The notes under the pieces were generated by a model. That model ran no database searches and was not told where the DNA came from. It saw nothing but the letters and a program-made list of their open reading frames with translations. A DNA stretch of 64,000 nt from Leucoraja ocellata (lineage: Eukaryota), in the NCBI GenBank assembly GCA_036785375.1, contig JAWMAR010000030.1:6820001-6884000 (forward strand). Reading direction: 5' to 3'. The translations under genes and the position numbers were made by a program. Below, piece by piece: positions 24,925 through 36,866 of the stretch. The number at the start of each line of letters is the position of its first letter. Position 1 is the stretch's first letter.

Positions 24925-25760
24925 TCGTTTGTCATTCCCTCTCAACCACTTTCTCCTGCCTTCACCCCGTAACCCCTGACAACCACACTAATCAAAAATA
25001 TGTCAATCTCCGCCTAAAAAATATCATTGACTAGGCCTCCACAACCTTCTGTGGCAATAAACTCTACAGACTCAGTAAAGAAATTCCTCCTCATCACCTT
25101 TCACAAGGTACGTCCTTTTATTCTGAGGCTACATTCTCTGGTCCTAGACTCTTCCTCTAGTGGAAACATCCTCTCCACATTGAAACATAGAAAATAGGGG
25201 CAGGAGTAGGCCATTCGGCCCTTCGAGCCTGCACCGCCATTCAATATGATCAACTCAGTATCCCGTACCTGCCCTCTCTCCATACCCCCTGATCCCCTTA
25301 GCCACAAGGGCCACATCTAACTCCCTCTTAAATATAGCCAATGAACTGGCCTCAACTGCCTTCTATGGCAAAGAATTCCAGAGATTCACCACTCTCTGTG
25401 TGAAAAATGTTTTCCTCATCTCGGTCCTAAAAGATTTCCCCCTTATCCTTAAACTGTGACCCCTTGTTCTGGACTTCCCCAACATCGGGAACAATCTTCC
25501 TGCATCTAGCCTGTCCAACCCCTTAAGAATTTTGTAAGTAACCATAACAATAACATCCACTCCATACAAGTCTTTCACTATTCAGTAAGTGACAATGTTA
25601 CCCATTCATCGTTCTAAACTCCAGTGAGTGCAGGCCCATCATATGTTAACCCAATCATTCCTGGGATCATTCTCGTAAATCTCCTTTGTATCCTCTCCAA
25701 TGCCGGCACATCCTTCCTCAGATTATGGGGCCTAAAACTGCTCACAGTACTCCAAATGCG
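24925..25760 (-). mobile_element. Older CR1 fragment with a younger HER1/CR1 3' end (25183-25540) nested inside
   Basis: ORFs TYKILKGLDRLDAGRLFPMLGKSRTRGHSLRIRGKSFRTEMRKTFFTQRVVNLWNSLP and VERMFPLEEESRTRECSLRIKGR. Confidence 0.88.
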
Positions 25761-25807
25761 TTCATTGGAGTTTAATCGAGGGCAGTTTAAGACTTTAAAT
25801 ACATTAT

Positions 25808-26116
25808 TTTTAGTTTAGTTTAGAGATACGGCATGGAAACAGGCCCTTCGGCCCACCGGGTCCGTGCCGACCAACAATCCACGCACATTAACACTATCCT
25901 ACTAGGGACAATTTCTACATTTACCAAGCCAATTAGCCTACAAACCTGTACGTCTTTGGAATGTGGGAGGAGACCGAAGATCTTGGAGAAAACCCACGCA
26001 GGTCACAGGGAGAACGTACAAAGATCGTACAGACAGCACCTGTAATCGGGATCGAACGCGGATCTCCGGTGCTGCATTCACAGTAAGGCCGCAACTGTAC
26101 TGCTGCTGCCAGTGTC
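25808..26116 (-). mobile_element. HE1-type SINE
   Basis: (tttag)n tail, V-domain and B-box-like gttcgatccc on minus. Confidence 0.85.
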
Positions 26117-27597
26117 ATTTGTTTAAGAAACTGAATATGTTTGAAACACAAGTCTTTTCTGTCTGATCCAATGACTCCTTCACCCATTTAGTGGCTCATC
26201 ACAGATACTAGCGGCAAAATAATTGCCTCACTCCTGTCCTGATGTATACTACAGTCACCAGAAACACCTTTCACTGCCTCAGGGTTTGCTCTCAGCAATT
26301 TACTGGCGATAATATTTACTTGAACTGTCATCATTCTGGTAAAGTAGGAATCTGAGAAGAGCAGCATCTTAAATATTACATTATTTTTCGCACAAATCAT
26401 CTTTGAAGTTGGCAAATATTGAAAGACACTATGTTATAAACTGAAATTTATTCCCAGACCTGGCAATAATGTATTTTTTCAAATCCTTTGACCTCGTTGA
26501 AGAATGTTAAGAATTTAGAATGTTTTTCAAATATTTATTTATTCCCCCGTTTTTACCTGGATTATTATTTTATTTCTGAAATTAATAACTCCCTATGATA
26601 TCAAGTGTAGCTTTCATACAATGGATAATACAGTGCCACTTTATCTATAATTACTCTGCATGCTTCATCTGGAATTGATGTGTCGAAATGTTCTAATGCA
26701 GACAGTAGCAACCGTTGACATCTATCATTACAGTATTAACTGACTTCTCATTGGTAAGGGTTTTACTCAAGTGTTTATCATACATTTGGCTTTACTAATA
26801 AATGAAGAGGATGCATGTTCTTGAAATCTTTTGCATTCCTTTTATAGGTCTGCATTTTCACTGATCCTTGCAGCTTTTCTCCTTATGCAAATTTGTAACC
26901 ATCTTTGCAATGTCTGAATGAATCCTTTTCCAGAATGTTTGGGCTTTTCTACATAAAGGTACTGTACATTACTGAAGGGACAGATTTTGTGCAGTACATT
27001 GTCTGTAATTGAGAGTCTACACATTCTCTATCGAGATAATGGCTGATGGACTGGAATTCATCAGTAGCTCTTTGTGCCTGGCAACAGGCTCATCATTTGA
27101 CTGAAATAATGGAAACTGCAATAATAAAAGCTTTAATGATTTCCTTTTCAATCGGCTACTTGTTTCCCCAATTCTATTCTACTTGACAAACAAATACTGT
27201 CGTTCTGCTCATTGTTAAAAATTGAGAATAATGTACAGAGATTGTTGAATGCCATCATAAGAGTAGTTTATGCTAATATTATTGCAGAATACCAGATATC
27301 AAAGGCTAATACAGCCGCCCGATAAAACAACACATTCCGAGAGAGAGCTTACAAGGAGAACATGATGATGGTGAAGCTCCGGGTTAGTTTAGATGTGGTG
27401 GGCTGAATAACCTTCTTCTTGATCAGGAAGAGATAGGAGGAACTTGAATTTATTTAACACCTTTAATAGAGCAAAATTCCTCACAGCGATTCATCAGGAC
27501 TTTAAAACAAATTTTAATATGAGGAGAGACTTGAGCAGACATCTAAACACTTGGACAAAGAGAGGGAGAGATAATAAGAGATCTTCTCGAGGAAGAT

Positions 27598-28094
27598 AGA
27601 CAATGGACAATCAGTGCAGGAGTAGGCCATTCGTCCCTTCAAGCCAGCACTGCCATTCAATGTGATCATGGCTGATCATCCCCAATCAGTACCCCATTCC
27701 TGCCTTCTCCCCATATCCCCTGACTCCACTATCTTTAAGAGCCCCATCTAGCTCTCTCTTGAAAGTATCCAGAGAACCGGCCTCCACCGCCCTCTGTGGA
27801 TGAGAATTCCACACTCACAACTCTCTGTGAGAAAAAGTGTTTCCTCATTTCCGTTCTGAATGGCTTACCCTTTATTAAACTGTGGCCCCTGGTTCTGGAC
27901 TCCCCCAACATCGGGAATGTGTTTCCTGCCTCTAGCGTGTCCAAACCCTTAACAATCTTATATGTTTCAATAAGATCCCCTCTCATCCTTCTAAACTCCA
28001 GAGTGTACAAGCCCAGTGCTCCATTCTCTCTGCATATGACAGTCCTGCCATCCCGGGAATTAACCTTGTAAACATTCGCTGCACTCCCTCAATG
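27598..28094 (-). mobile_element. HER1/CR1 LINE 3' end
   Basis: IEGVQRMFTRLIPGMAGLSYAERM / YTLEFRRMRGDLIETYKIVKGLD. Confidence 0.92.
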
Positions 28095-30659
28095 GAGATG
28101 GATGTGAAAATGATAAAGACAATTGAAAGTTGAATTTTAGAACAGCAGGTTTTGGTAGCGAAGAGCATGATTCCATTGTTATAGTGATTACAATGGGAAA
28201 TAATCAAGTGGAGGGGAGATACAGTATTTCCCAGGATTTGTAGCTCCAATGGATAAGAACACCATGGCAGACGCAGTTCCAATTTCCAGTTCAACTGATG
28301 TGCACCAATTTCAGATATGCTGCTTTCCAAGTACCTGACTGCCGTGCTGGACTGAATTATATTTTAAAGTGCATGGTGCATGCAACAACGAGTTGCGTTG
28401 CTCGCTTTCTCATGAGCTATACTGAATTTCTTGAACTGCTCAGACGGGGACGAATGTAATGAATGAAACTCAAGTTAGATGCAGCGAAGAAAGGCTCAGT
28501 GGCCTGGTAAATGCTCATTTCATCAGCTGCTATTAAATCATGTGAGCACATAGCCTTGAGGTGCTCCTGTACTGATTGTTATTGAGGAAGAAGTGTATCT
28601 GCCAATTCTAACATACTGTGGTCTGCTGATGAGGATGTCGGGGATCCAGTTGCAGAGAGATTAGCAGAGACACAGTTCCCTGCTCATCTTTCACATTCAG
28701 TACCTGGGTTCTTCAGCTCCTTGTTTTTGCAAGTGCTCTTCAGCTTGCATTGTTTTTGCCCTATTACATGCTATTTATTAATTTGTTCTCTACGTTTGAT
28801 TCATCGGGCAAAGCTGCCTTTAGTAGTTACCCCTATTTGTAAGCTACTTTCTAATATTTGTTGCTGTTGGGGATTTTTTTGGTGGTTATTGTTGATCATT
28901 CTTCTATCCAGTGGCCTGAGAAGAAATCTACTTATTGTTTGACTGCATGGGACAAATGAACTCCAGGTCCATCAACGAGCAAAACCACAATACATGATAT
29001 AGTCAGGCCTATTTAATTTGAACAATACCCCAGTTCCCTTTACAGCCTCAGCTGTAAATGGTGATGATATTAATGGTGTTACTCTTTTTTTGCATTTCCA
29101 TTTTAAGCCATTCGGAACCTTATCATGACCTTAGACCTCACCAAAACCTGAATTGGCCAGTGTTTTCCTAGTTCACCGTCACCAGCCTTATTCTACAACC
29201 AATAATTAAATACTTCTATTCACCCGCAGTTGAGGTTTAATTTTAGAGTTATCCTGGAATGCCGCCGGTCTATCCCTAATCTCATTAATCCTTCTAACTG
29301 TGTAGCACAACTGTGTGGGGTCACAACTCGGGTTCATTTGCAGGAGGCCTTAAACTGTTCTCTGTCAAAGAGGAAATAGAACATACTCTGCCCAATGTTC
29401 TTGATGCGATCATTACATTTCATTTTGTGACTCTTGTCCTTTGTTCCTCTTGTGGCACATCCCCACACTATAAATAAAATGGCACCCCAGGGTTCTTAAT
29501 TGGCTATGAAATGCTTTAGGGAATTACTATATATACGTGCAACCCCATTTTAGTTTCTGAACCTACACTGCGCTGTGCAAGTGCATCGAATCTATTCATT
29601 GCTAATCAGCGCTGTGGGCAAATTCAGTGGTATTAAAGATTACGAGGCCACATGACCTCTCAAGTCAGAATCTCCATTCAATAGGGTGATGGCTGCTTTG
29701 ATTATAGCCTCAACACTTTTCTGCCTGCTTCTCACAATAAACCAAAAATCTATCTCAGCCTTGGATATCTTCAATGATTCAGCCTTTACAGGTTTTGCGT
29801 TAAGAGAATTATTTTGTGCATTTCTCCTGAATCTGCTTTCACACATAATGACCTTCCTCTGATTATAGTTTTTCTTCTACATTTTGGCTTTTGGTTGACC
29901 AAGTCCTGCTTGGTTTTCCACTCCACTGCCAAATTAGTTCTTAGCCTTGCAAGGATTTTGGACCTGCTCCGTTCAGGTGCAATCATTCAGCTTCTAAAGG
30001 ATCCAATTCTTCAGGAAAGGTCACAGTGATGCCAAAATCTAATGCCCTCCTTATTGCATGCAGTACCTTTTCAATGATGCATCCCTGTGACCTATCATTC
30101 TAGTCCCTCAGCTTCCTGCACTCTGAGAAATAAAGTCCTAGGTTGCCCAATCGCTCCGTTTGGCTCAGGCCCACGACACCTACCTGCACATTGGTGGGTT
30201 TATGTACGAGTTTTAATTCAGAAAGTGGAATTTAAACTGGAACACTGACCTCATCTGCTAATTTCAAACCACCTTGCATTAATTCCTTTCACTTCCCGTC
30301 TGATAACATATTGGTTCGTATTGAAGATTGCGTTGCTAGTTTTGAATAGTTTGAATTATTATGGAGCTTGGGATGAAATTGGAGAAGGCACTGAGTGGGC
30401 AGGGGAATGGTAAGTAAAATGTTTGAACAATATATATCTTACAAAGCTAGTCAGAATTAACAATCAGTTTAGGTGCTTTCTGTTGAAGATTCACAGGATC
30501 AGTGGCCACCTTTGACTGTCTTCACTTTAACCTGGTAACGCTGCGTCTATCATTTTATGTGGTAGATGTATTAAATAAGGGCAGCATGTGTTGCTGAAAA
30601 CACTTTTGGTTTTCATCTTTTCGCACAACAAAGGTAGCTATTGAAACAATACTGTCAGT

Positions 30660-30892
30660 CCCAGAGTGGTGAATCTCTGGAACTCTCTGCCACAGAGGGT
30701 AGTTGAGGCCAGTTTGTTGGCTATATTTAAGAGGGAGTTAGATGTTGCCCTTGTGGCCAAGGGGATCAGGGGGTATGGAGAGAGGCAGGTACGGGATACT
30801 GAGTTGGATGATCAGCCATGATCATATTGAATGGCGGTGCAGGCTTAAAGGGCCGAATGGCCTACTCCTGCACCTAATTTCTATGTTTCTAT
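30660..30892 (+). mobile_element. HER1/CR1 LINE 3' tail
   Basis: cagagtggtgaatctctggaactctctgcc...cctactcctgcacctaatttctatgtttctatg. Confidence 0.88.
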
Positions 30893-31659
30893 GTCCCATT
30901 GCTCCATATTTTTCATATAACCTATTCTCCCTCTCACTTGCCTACACTGATGTTCCTACCACACTGTTACTAATTAGCAACCAACCCGCACTTCTTTGGG
31001 TTGTGAGGGGAAGCTGGAGGATCCAGAGAAAACACATGGTCACAGGGAGAATGTTATCCAGTTTGTGTGGAATTTGCACAAAGTCAGAATTCAACAACAT
31101 CTACTGTGTTGTCCTCTCGTAGATGGGCTGAGGATAAAGTTTTTATCCACTATGTTAAGGTTGGAACATTTATGGTAAAGACAGATCTACATTTGCAAAT
31201 ATTAATTCACTGCCATAAATCAATGATTCACTGCCTGTGGTCATTGTTGTTGTCTCAGCTCATGTAAGAGATCCAGCCAGATGTAGGTGCAACACCATTT
31301 GCCAGTCTGAACGGGGTCATTGCCAGAAATTGTCCATCGATCTAGTTTGACAGCTTTGGATGGACCATGAGATGATGGGAAGGGTTGGGTGGGGAAGAGA
31401 GGGACTCATTGTTCATTTTACCAGGTGCAGAGTGAAGAAACAAATGCATTTTATTTCTTGTGCTTGGTTAAGAATGTTGGCGAGCATTCCACATGTGAGC
31501 GAGATGAATGGGAATTTGTGAGTGAGTCGGAAGCGAGCCGGAAGAAAAATTGAAATTACATTGCTTCAAATGTATCCATGAATAGAATCAGTTGCAGTGG
31601 AGATTTCTGAGTCCCGACTGTTCACACTAATCATGTAATAAGTGCAGAAAACAATAAAT

Positions 31660-34600
31660 TGCTTGGGCAATAGAAATGTAATTTTATTTTAAACTTTCTC
31701 CAATTAATGCATCAAGCTGAGAGCAACATGCTGAGAAGTAGCTCAGGTAAACAAACTAAATAGATAGACAAAACCTCCATGCTGCTGATTCCATATCTTT
31801 CAATGTCATACGGAATTCAATTTGAATACATTTAAACATCTAAATCTTTCCATCACCCACAGTGTATTTTCTTGAATTGTGTATTCTTCATAATACAATT
31901 AAGGAACGCTTGCTTTAAAGAATATGATGGTTGCAGTTCCTATTTGGATACATAACCGTGTTGTTAAAGGAAACCTTGCATTTGCATGACATATTATGTC
32001 TCCTGGAATACACTGCAAAGAACTTTGCAGTCTCTGAAGGTACTGTTTGTGGCCAGCAAAATGTCGCAACTTTGGGGGAGAATGTTTTCTCAGTACACGG
32101 TATAAGTCAAGTAGTGCCGCACCTATAAATGGAGCACTGCCTTGGTTCATTTGTACAGGTGTCAGGAATGCAGTCATTTAGGGATGATTCCCAGATGAAT
32201 CAAACTTGGCAGCAAAGTTTAGGGAATGATAAAGTGCACACATAAAATGCTGCAAATCATGTCAGTGCCTGGTCAGAAAGAAACTGTCTCTCTTCATTTG
32301 GGGATTAACAGTTTGTCATTTTAGCAAATGCTATGGAAGGCTTTATTTAGTAGTTTTGCTACAAACAGCAAAGTTGTTTTCCTGAGGCTTAGTCATATTG
32401 TCATCTTAACAAATTCTTAGTTGGTTTTAAATCATGGCTTTGAAATGGAGACCAAGGTGGCTTGAGTTTGCCGTATATTAAGCATTCACACAAATTAAGA
32501 CTAGTAGGAGCACATGAGTAACAACCTTTTTATTCATGTCCCCAGCCCAAGATTAGACCTGGATTTCAGTTTCCATTCCAGGGAAGACTGAACATGTCAA
32601 AATGTGCAACACAGTTGACAAACTAAATATTGCCAGATTCCTGACTAGAACAGGAGCCACCAGCTGGGAGTTTTTATTATAACAGTGAGGCACAATATTA
32701 CTGTGCAATGCAAACAGCACTTACCACCTAAAGCAACAAGAACGATTGCAGCAAACTGTTAAATCCTACTTCTGACTTGGTGCCGCGTACTCAGTATAGG
32801 CACAACTCTCCGACACATAGATCATTTAAAGTGCAACTGCTCATTAATTTAATCTATTATGTAGCTCCACAGATTTAGTCAATAATTAACTTTGCATATA
32901 CATTAAGTGAACTGTCTGAACCTCATTTCATCATTACAACTGCAAATATTGCACTTAGACACAGCAGCCCGCTTGATACAGAATTGATTATAATTAGCAA
33001 CTTATAAATCAACAAGGACCTGGGCAAAATGCAATTGAACAATTCACGAACACCCGTAATGATTATGTATATATGTTATGAACGAACTTGCATTTATGAT
33101 GTATTAAATATCTGAGGTTACTGCAATACTACAAGGAACAGGAGGAGTGATTATAGTGTGATAGGTTTACACAGGCAGTTCCCGCTACAAATATGGATAT
33201 TGGAATTTGTATGGAAATACAATGTTATGAACTGAATATGAAACAATATGATCCATATGAAGTAAATGAGGACCAGGTTTCTGACAATGCATCCCTAACT
33301 AAGTAAATCTCCTCTAAACTCCCTGTGTCAAATGTTATAAGACATTGAGTCATGTTAATATTAACTTGGGAATGTAACAATTTGACAGCATTGTGCATTG
33401 ACCACTGTTGTTTACACACACCGAGAACATCGGTGCAGTTCCATGTGATAAATGATGACATTTTAACAAGATCTCTATTGCTGTACCTCCCAGTTTCATT
33501 TTACATTTGCTTCATACATTTAGATAAACACTAAATTGGAGGAGAATCCAGGGATTCTATAATAAATGCTGAAAAATGCAGAAGCTCATGCTGATACAGG
33601 CTGAATGGGCTACTTCCAGGAATAGAAATATCTGACTTTAAATTCAGATATTTGTACTTTGGAATACTGTTATAAACAAAAATGAACAATGTGCTGGCTA
33701 TGCAGAGTTTGTACATTCTCTCTGCTTCACATGGGTTCTTCCAATGGTCTGGTTTCAACTTACATTTCACAAAAGGTGAAGTGGCTACTGTAAATGACTC
33801 TGTATACGGGTTGGTGGACATTAGAGAGAGAAAAGATTACGGGGAAATAAGTGGGCGAATAGTAATGATAGGATTGCATGGACGACGGGCCAAATGGCTT
33901 CCTCTGCCTCGTTGTGCAAAATTATTTTAAACATATCAAAACGTGGTCCAAACCAGCAAAATATTTATGCATGACAAAATGTGGGGAGGGACAGGAAAGA
34001 GTTTGTTTAAATTCAAAGTCAAGTATTGCTTCAATGAGTCAGACTCAGGAACCGACATATTGGGATGGGGGAGGTTGGTCGAGATTTCCTGCCTCCAATT
34101 TGTCAGTGTCTAACCAGAGGGAGCAAAAGACAGTGACCATGTTACAATAATAGGGGTAGCTTCCCTCCATTTGCATGGACCAAATTTTCACAAGGATTTG
34201 ACAATAAAAGCCAAGAGAAATCTCACTCAACTCTCCTCCACCTCATCTCACCTCGGAACCTGAAGTACGTGATGGACTTGTACATTCAGATGGACAGCTA
34301 CTTGGAATAATTTTATGTGGAATTCTCTGTGACAGCCCCTGAACAATATGTAAAATCTAGCCTAAAGGTAACTCCAGATTCTGCCTTTCTATCCTGCACT
34401 GGTAAATGTATTTAACTGTTTGAGGCTGAGGTCAAAGGTTTCATCTTATTTCTGGCAGTGAGGGTGATATAAACATTCCAAGTGTATGCCAGCTGTAGCA
34501 ATTGCATGCACGCAATCTGGAATGATAAAGTTAACTCTTATTGAAAAGTGATGACCAGTTGCCATCTCAGGGGGTAGTCATAGCATCAACTTAAATTTGG

Positions 34601-35933
34601 CATTTTACACTCAACAGTTGACGGCAATCTCACCTCTTGCTAAAATCACTGTTGTATTGTTTGACAGTTGGAATTAAGCACTTCCCTACCAACGCAATAG
34701 GACTACATCAAAGATGCAGGTTGTGCCCAAGGTGATTCATGCCGAGGCACAGGAATACAGCCCAAAATCCGATGTTGTTTGCCCAGTATATCGGTGACCT
34801 CAAAAAAGCACTAAGGAATTGTGAAATTCCCACACCATCTGTCTATGTAGCCTCTCCAAGGGAGGATGTCAAATTACTGGAGAGATCTGTTCTGTGGGTT
34901 TATGCCTACTGGGGTCTAGTTTGTAAGACTACCTAAAAGATGCAATGAAGATCAGTTAAACCCGCAAAGGAAGAAGAGTAGCCCATGAATCTGAGATGAA
35001 AGGTCATGACTGTGATTCATGGCACAGTTATTTGAAATATTTGGCATTTAGCCATCTATCTGTTGGTGGGGCAATTGTACATAATCAAATACACTGGAAA
35101 ATGTGCATGAGTGATGCATGGAAAGGAACACAACATCCCTTTCCACCAAATGGCCTTAACATTGAATGTTGCCCAGCGCCAGTTGAATTGAAAAGATTGA
35201 TACTCTCTTCTGGTTGCCTTTAGAGGATTAGGCAAGCTGACGGAAATATCTTCTGAAATATTTGATACATTAGACTTGACGCCCATTCTTTCTGGTAAAA
35301 GTCTTGTAAGTATGATTCCCATTCCAGGCAATTTAATGCTGTATTTTTTTATTACTTATATTAGAATCTAAACCTCCAGAAGTTTAACTTAAATATATTT
35401 TTAATCTAATAGTTTAAACAAACAAAAATATTCAACTCCGATGGATCAGCTAAGATTAAAATTACCACTTTCCTGGTAAGTTGCCTTCTCTTATCGTCTT
35501 TCCAATCATAACATGTTTAATCAGATTAGCTGAAATAAAAGACAACAAAGTACTAATACAGTTTTTGCTTAAAATAAATCCTGCTCTTCATGCCTCTGTC
35601 AAGGTTTACAACTTAGTGATTCATGTCCAAGTCATTACAGATTCAAAAACTGTTCCACAATTAGTTTTCTTGTCCTGTCCCACCCTGGCAAAATCTGACC
35701 AAAATGTTTGATGTTCTGGATTCTCCAAAAGCAAAAGGCCACACACTGCAATTATAGTGTCTCAAGAGTCTGTGAATGCCGGTCTTTGCCATTGCATCAG
35801 TATGGTCAGCAGGAGCTGTCATTTAGAATGGGGGAAGTTAATTGGGCCAAGTTAACAGTTGCCATATCCAGACTTGGTGAAATCTCATCTGGCAGGCAGA
35901 CTTGTACTATGAGTGTTTCACATCAGGCTTCAG
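31660..35933 (-). other. CCSER2: Probable CCSER2 3' UTR (~4.3 kb)
   Basis: Repeat-poor, AT-rich block directly downstream of the stop. It carries miRNA seed matches and ends at an AATAAA followed by a U-rich element. The end point is inferred. Confidence 0.55.
31683..31688 (-). promoter_or_regulatory. Candidate polyadenylation signal (AATAAA) for CCSER2
   Basis: TTTATT on plus. On minus it is followed ~25 nt later by ATTTATTGTTTTC (U/GU-rich downstream element). Alternative AATAAA sites lie at 31450, 32342 and 32529. Confidence 0.45.
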
Positions 35934-36866
35934 TTAGCCCTGAAAATTGCAACTTGTGGGAGTGGATGCATGCGTCTTTGGTTTAGGAAGGCGAGAATGC
36001 CGAACAGATGATGCAAGTTTGTCTGCCTGGGATTCATCACCCTGATCTTTTGCAGAACAATCTTCTCTGTGCTTCTTCTGTTGCTTGTCTGATGGTAGGA
36101 TCTGAGATGATGGTTCGTCTTGGTATTTGGTGGACTCAACCTGTTGGATCTCCTTGTGAAGAGACCCAGGACTGGCTGAAAATGCTGAAGACTTAATGCT
36201 CAGAAGTGGTGATGATAGGGAAGGTGATAGTTTGGATTTTCTTTTTTGTTGTTCATCTTTTTGTGTAGAAATATTTGTGGGTATTGATAATTGGAGGTGT
36301 TGTTCTGATTCCTTTTGATTATTTATAGATGGTTGAACTGAACTGTCTACAGGGCTAAGTGCTGCCTGAGAGATTGCAAGCACATTTTTTCTAGGCTTCG
36401 AGACCAGAGGAGACTTCACAATTGAAGTCTGGATTTTGGATTTAATATTCAAATCCTTGGAAGGCTGTTTGAAAGCAAACCTGGGACGATAGTCTTTATT
36501 CAAGGCTTCTTCTGTAAATAATGAGCAGCCGGGCAAATTGACCGGCTGGACTGAAACCTGACTATGCCCATGTTCCCTAGGCAGCGCAGCTGGACTCTGC
36601 TTGGTCTTGTTAGAGACTGGGGGTTTCTGGGCAGATCTGTCATTAGAGTCTTCATTCTTCTGTTGGGTCGACAGAGTGAAGCCTTTATCAGAATCCAACT
36701 GTGAGCAAATAACATTTTTTCCTTCTTGGTTAGTTTGAGGGCAGTTCTCATTAGATCCATTCTTCTGATTCCTACTGAGGTCCTCGGTATGGACTGGTTT
36801 TGCTAATTTTCCCATGCTGCGATCTTTGGTGCTGCATGTGTAGCTGGAAGGCTGTAGTACTGGAGG
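35934..36866 (-). CDS. CCSER2: CCSER2 (coiled-coil serine-rich protein 2 / FAM190B) terminal exon, long C-terminal reading frame (phase 0)
   Basis: Splice acceptor ...gtttctttcaacag| at 36867-36880 (minus). The frame reads PPVLQPSSYTCSTKDRSMGKLAKPVHTED...SSVRHSRLPKPKTHASTPTSCNFQG* and contains the 293-aa ORF 35934..36815. It matches the recalled human long-isoform ends PQVLQPSS...QGKLIKP and ...RYSRLPKPKIH. Ser/Gln/Pro/Lys-rich, disordered composition. Confidence 0.9.
   Translation of the reverse strand, partial: PPVLQPSSYTCSTKDRSMGKLAKPVHTEDLSRNQKNGSNENCPQTNQEGKNVICSQLDSDKGFTLSTQQKNEDSNDRSAQKPPVSNKTKQSPAALPREHGHSQVSVQPVNLPGCSLFTEEALNKDYRPRFAFKQPSKDLNIKSKIQTSIVKSPLVSKPRKNVLAISQAALSPVDSSVQPSINNQKESEQHLQLSIPTNISTQKDEQQKRKSKLSPSLSSPLLSIKSSAFSASPGSLHKEIQQVESTKYQDEPSSQILPSDKQQKKHREDCSAKDQGDESQADKLASSVRHSRLPKPKTHASTPTSCNFQG
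36772..36866 (-). CDS. CCSER2: CCSER2 terminal exon, alternative short reading frame (phase 1)
   Basis: Same acceptor in a shifted frame: xSSTTAFQLHMQHQRSQHGKISKTSPYRGPQ* (TAG at 36772-36774). Closely matches the recalled human short-isoform end TSSTTAFQQPSQTHRSHPGKTNKATTYRGPQ*. Confidence 0.85.
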
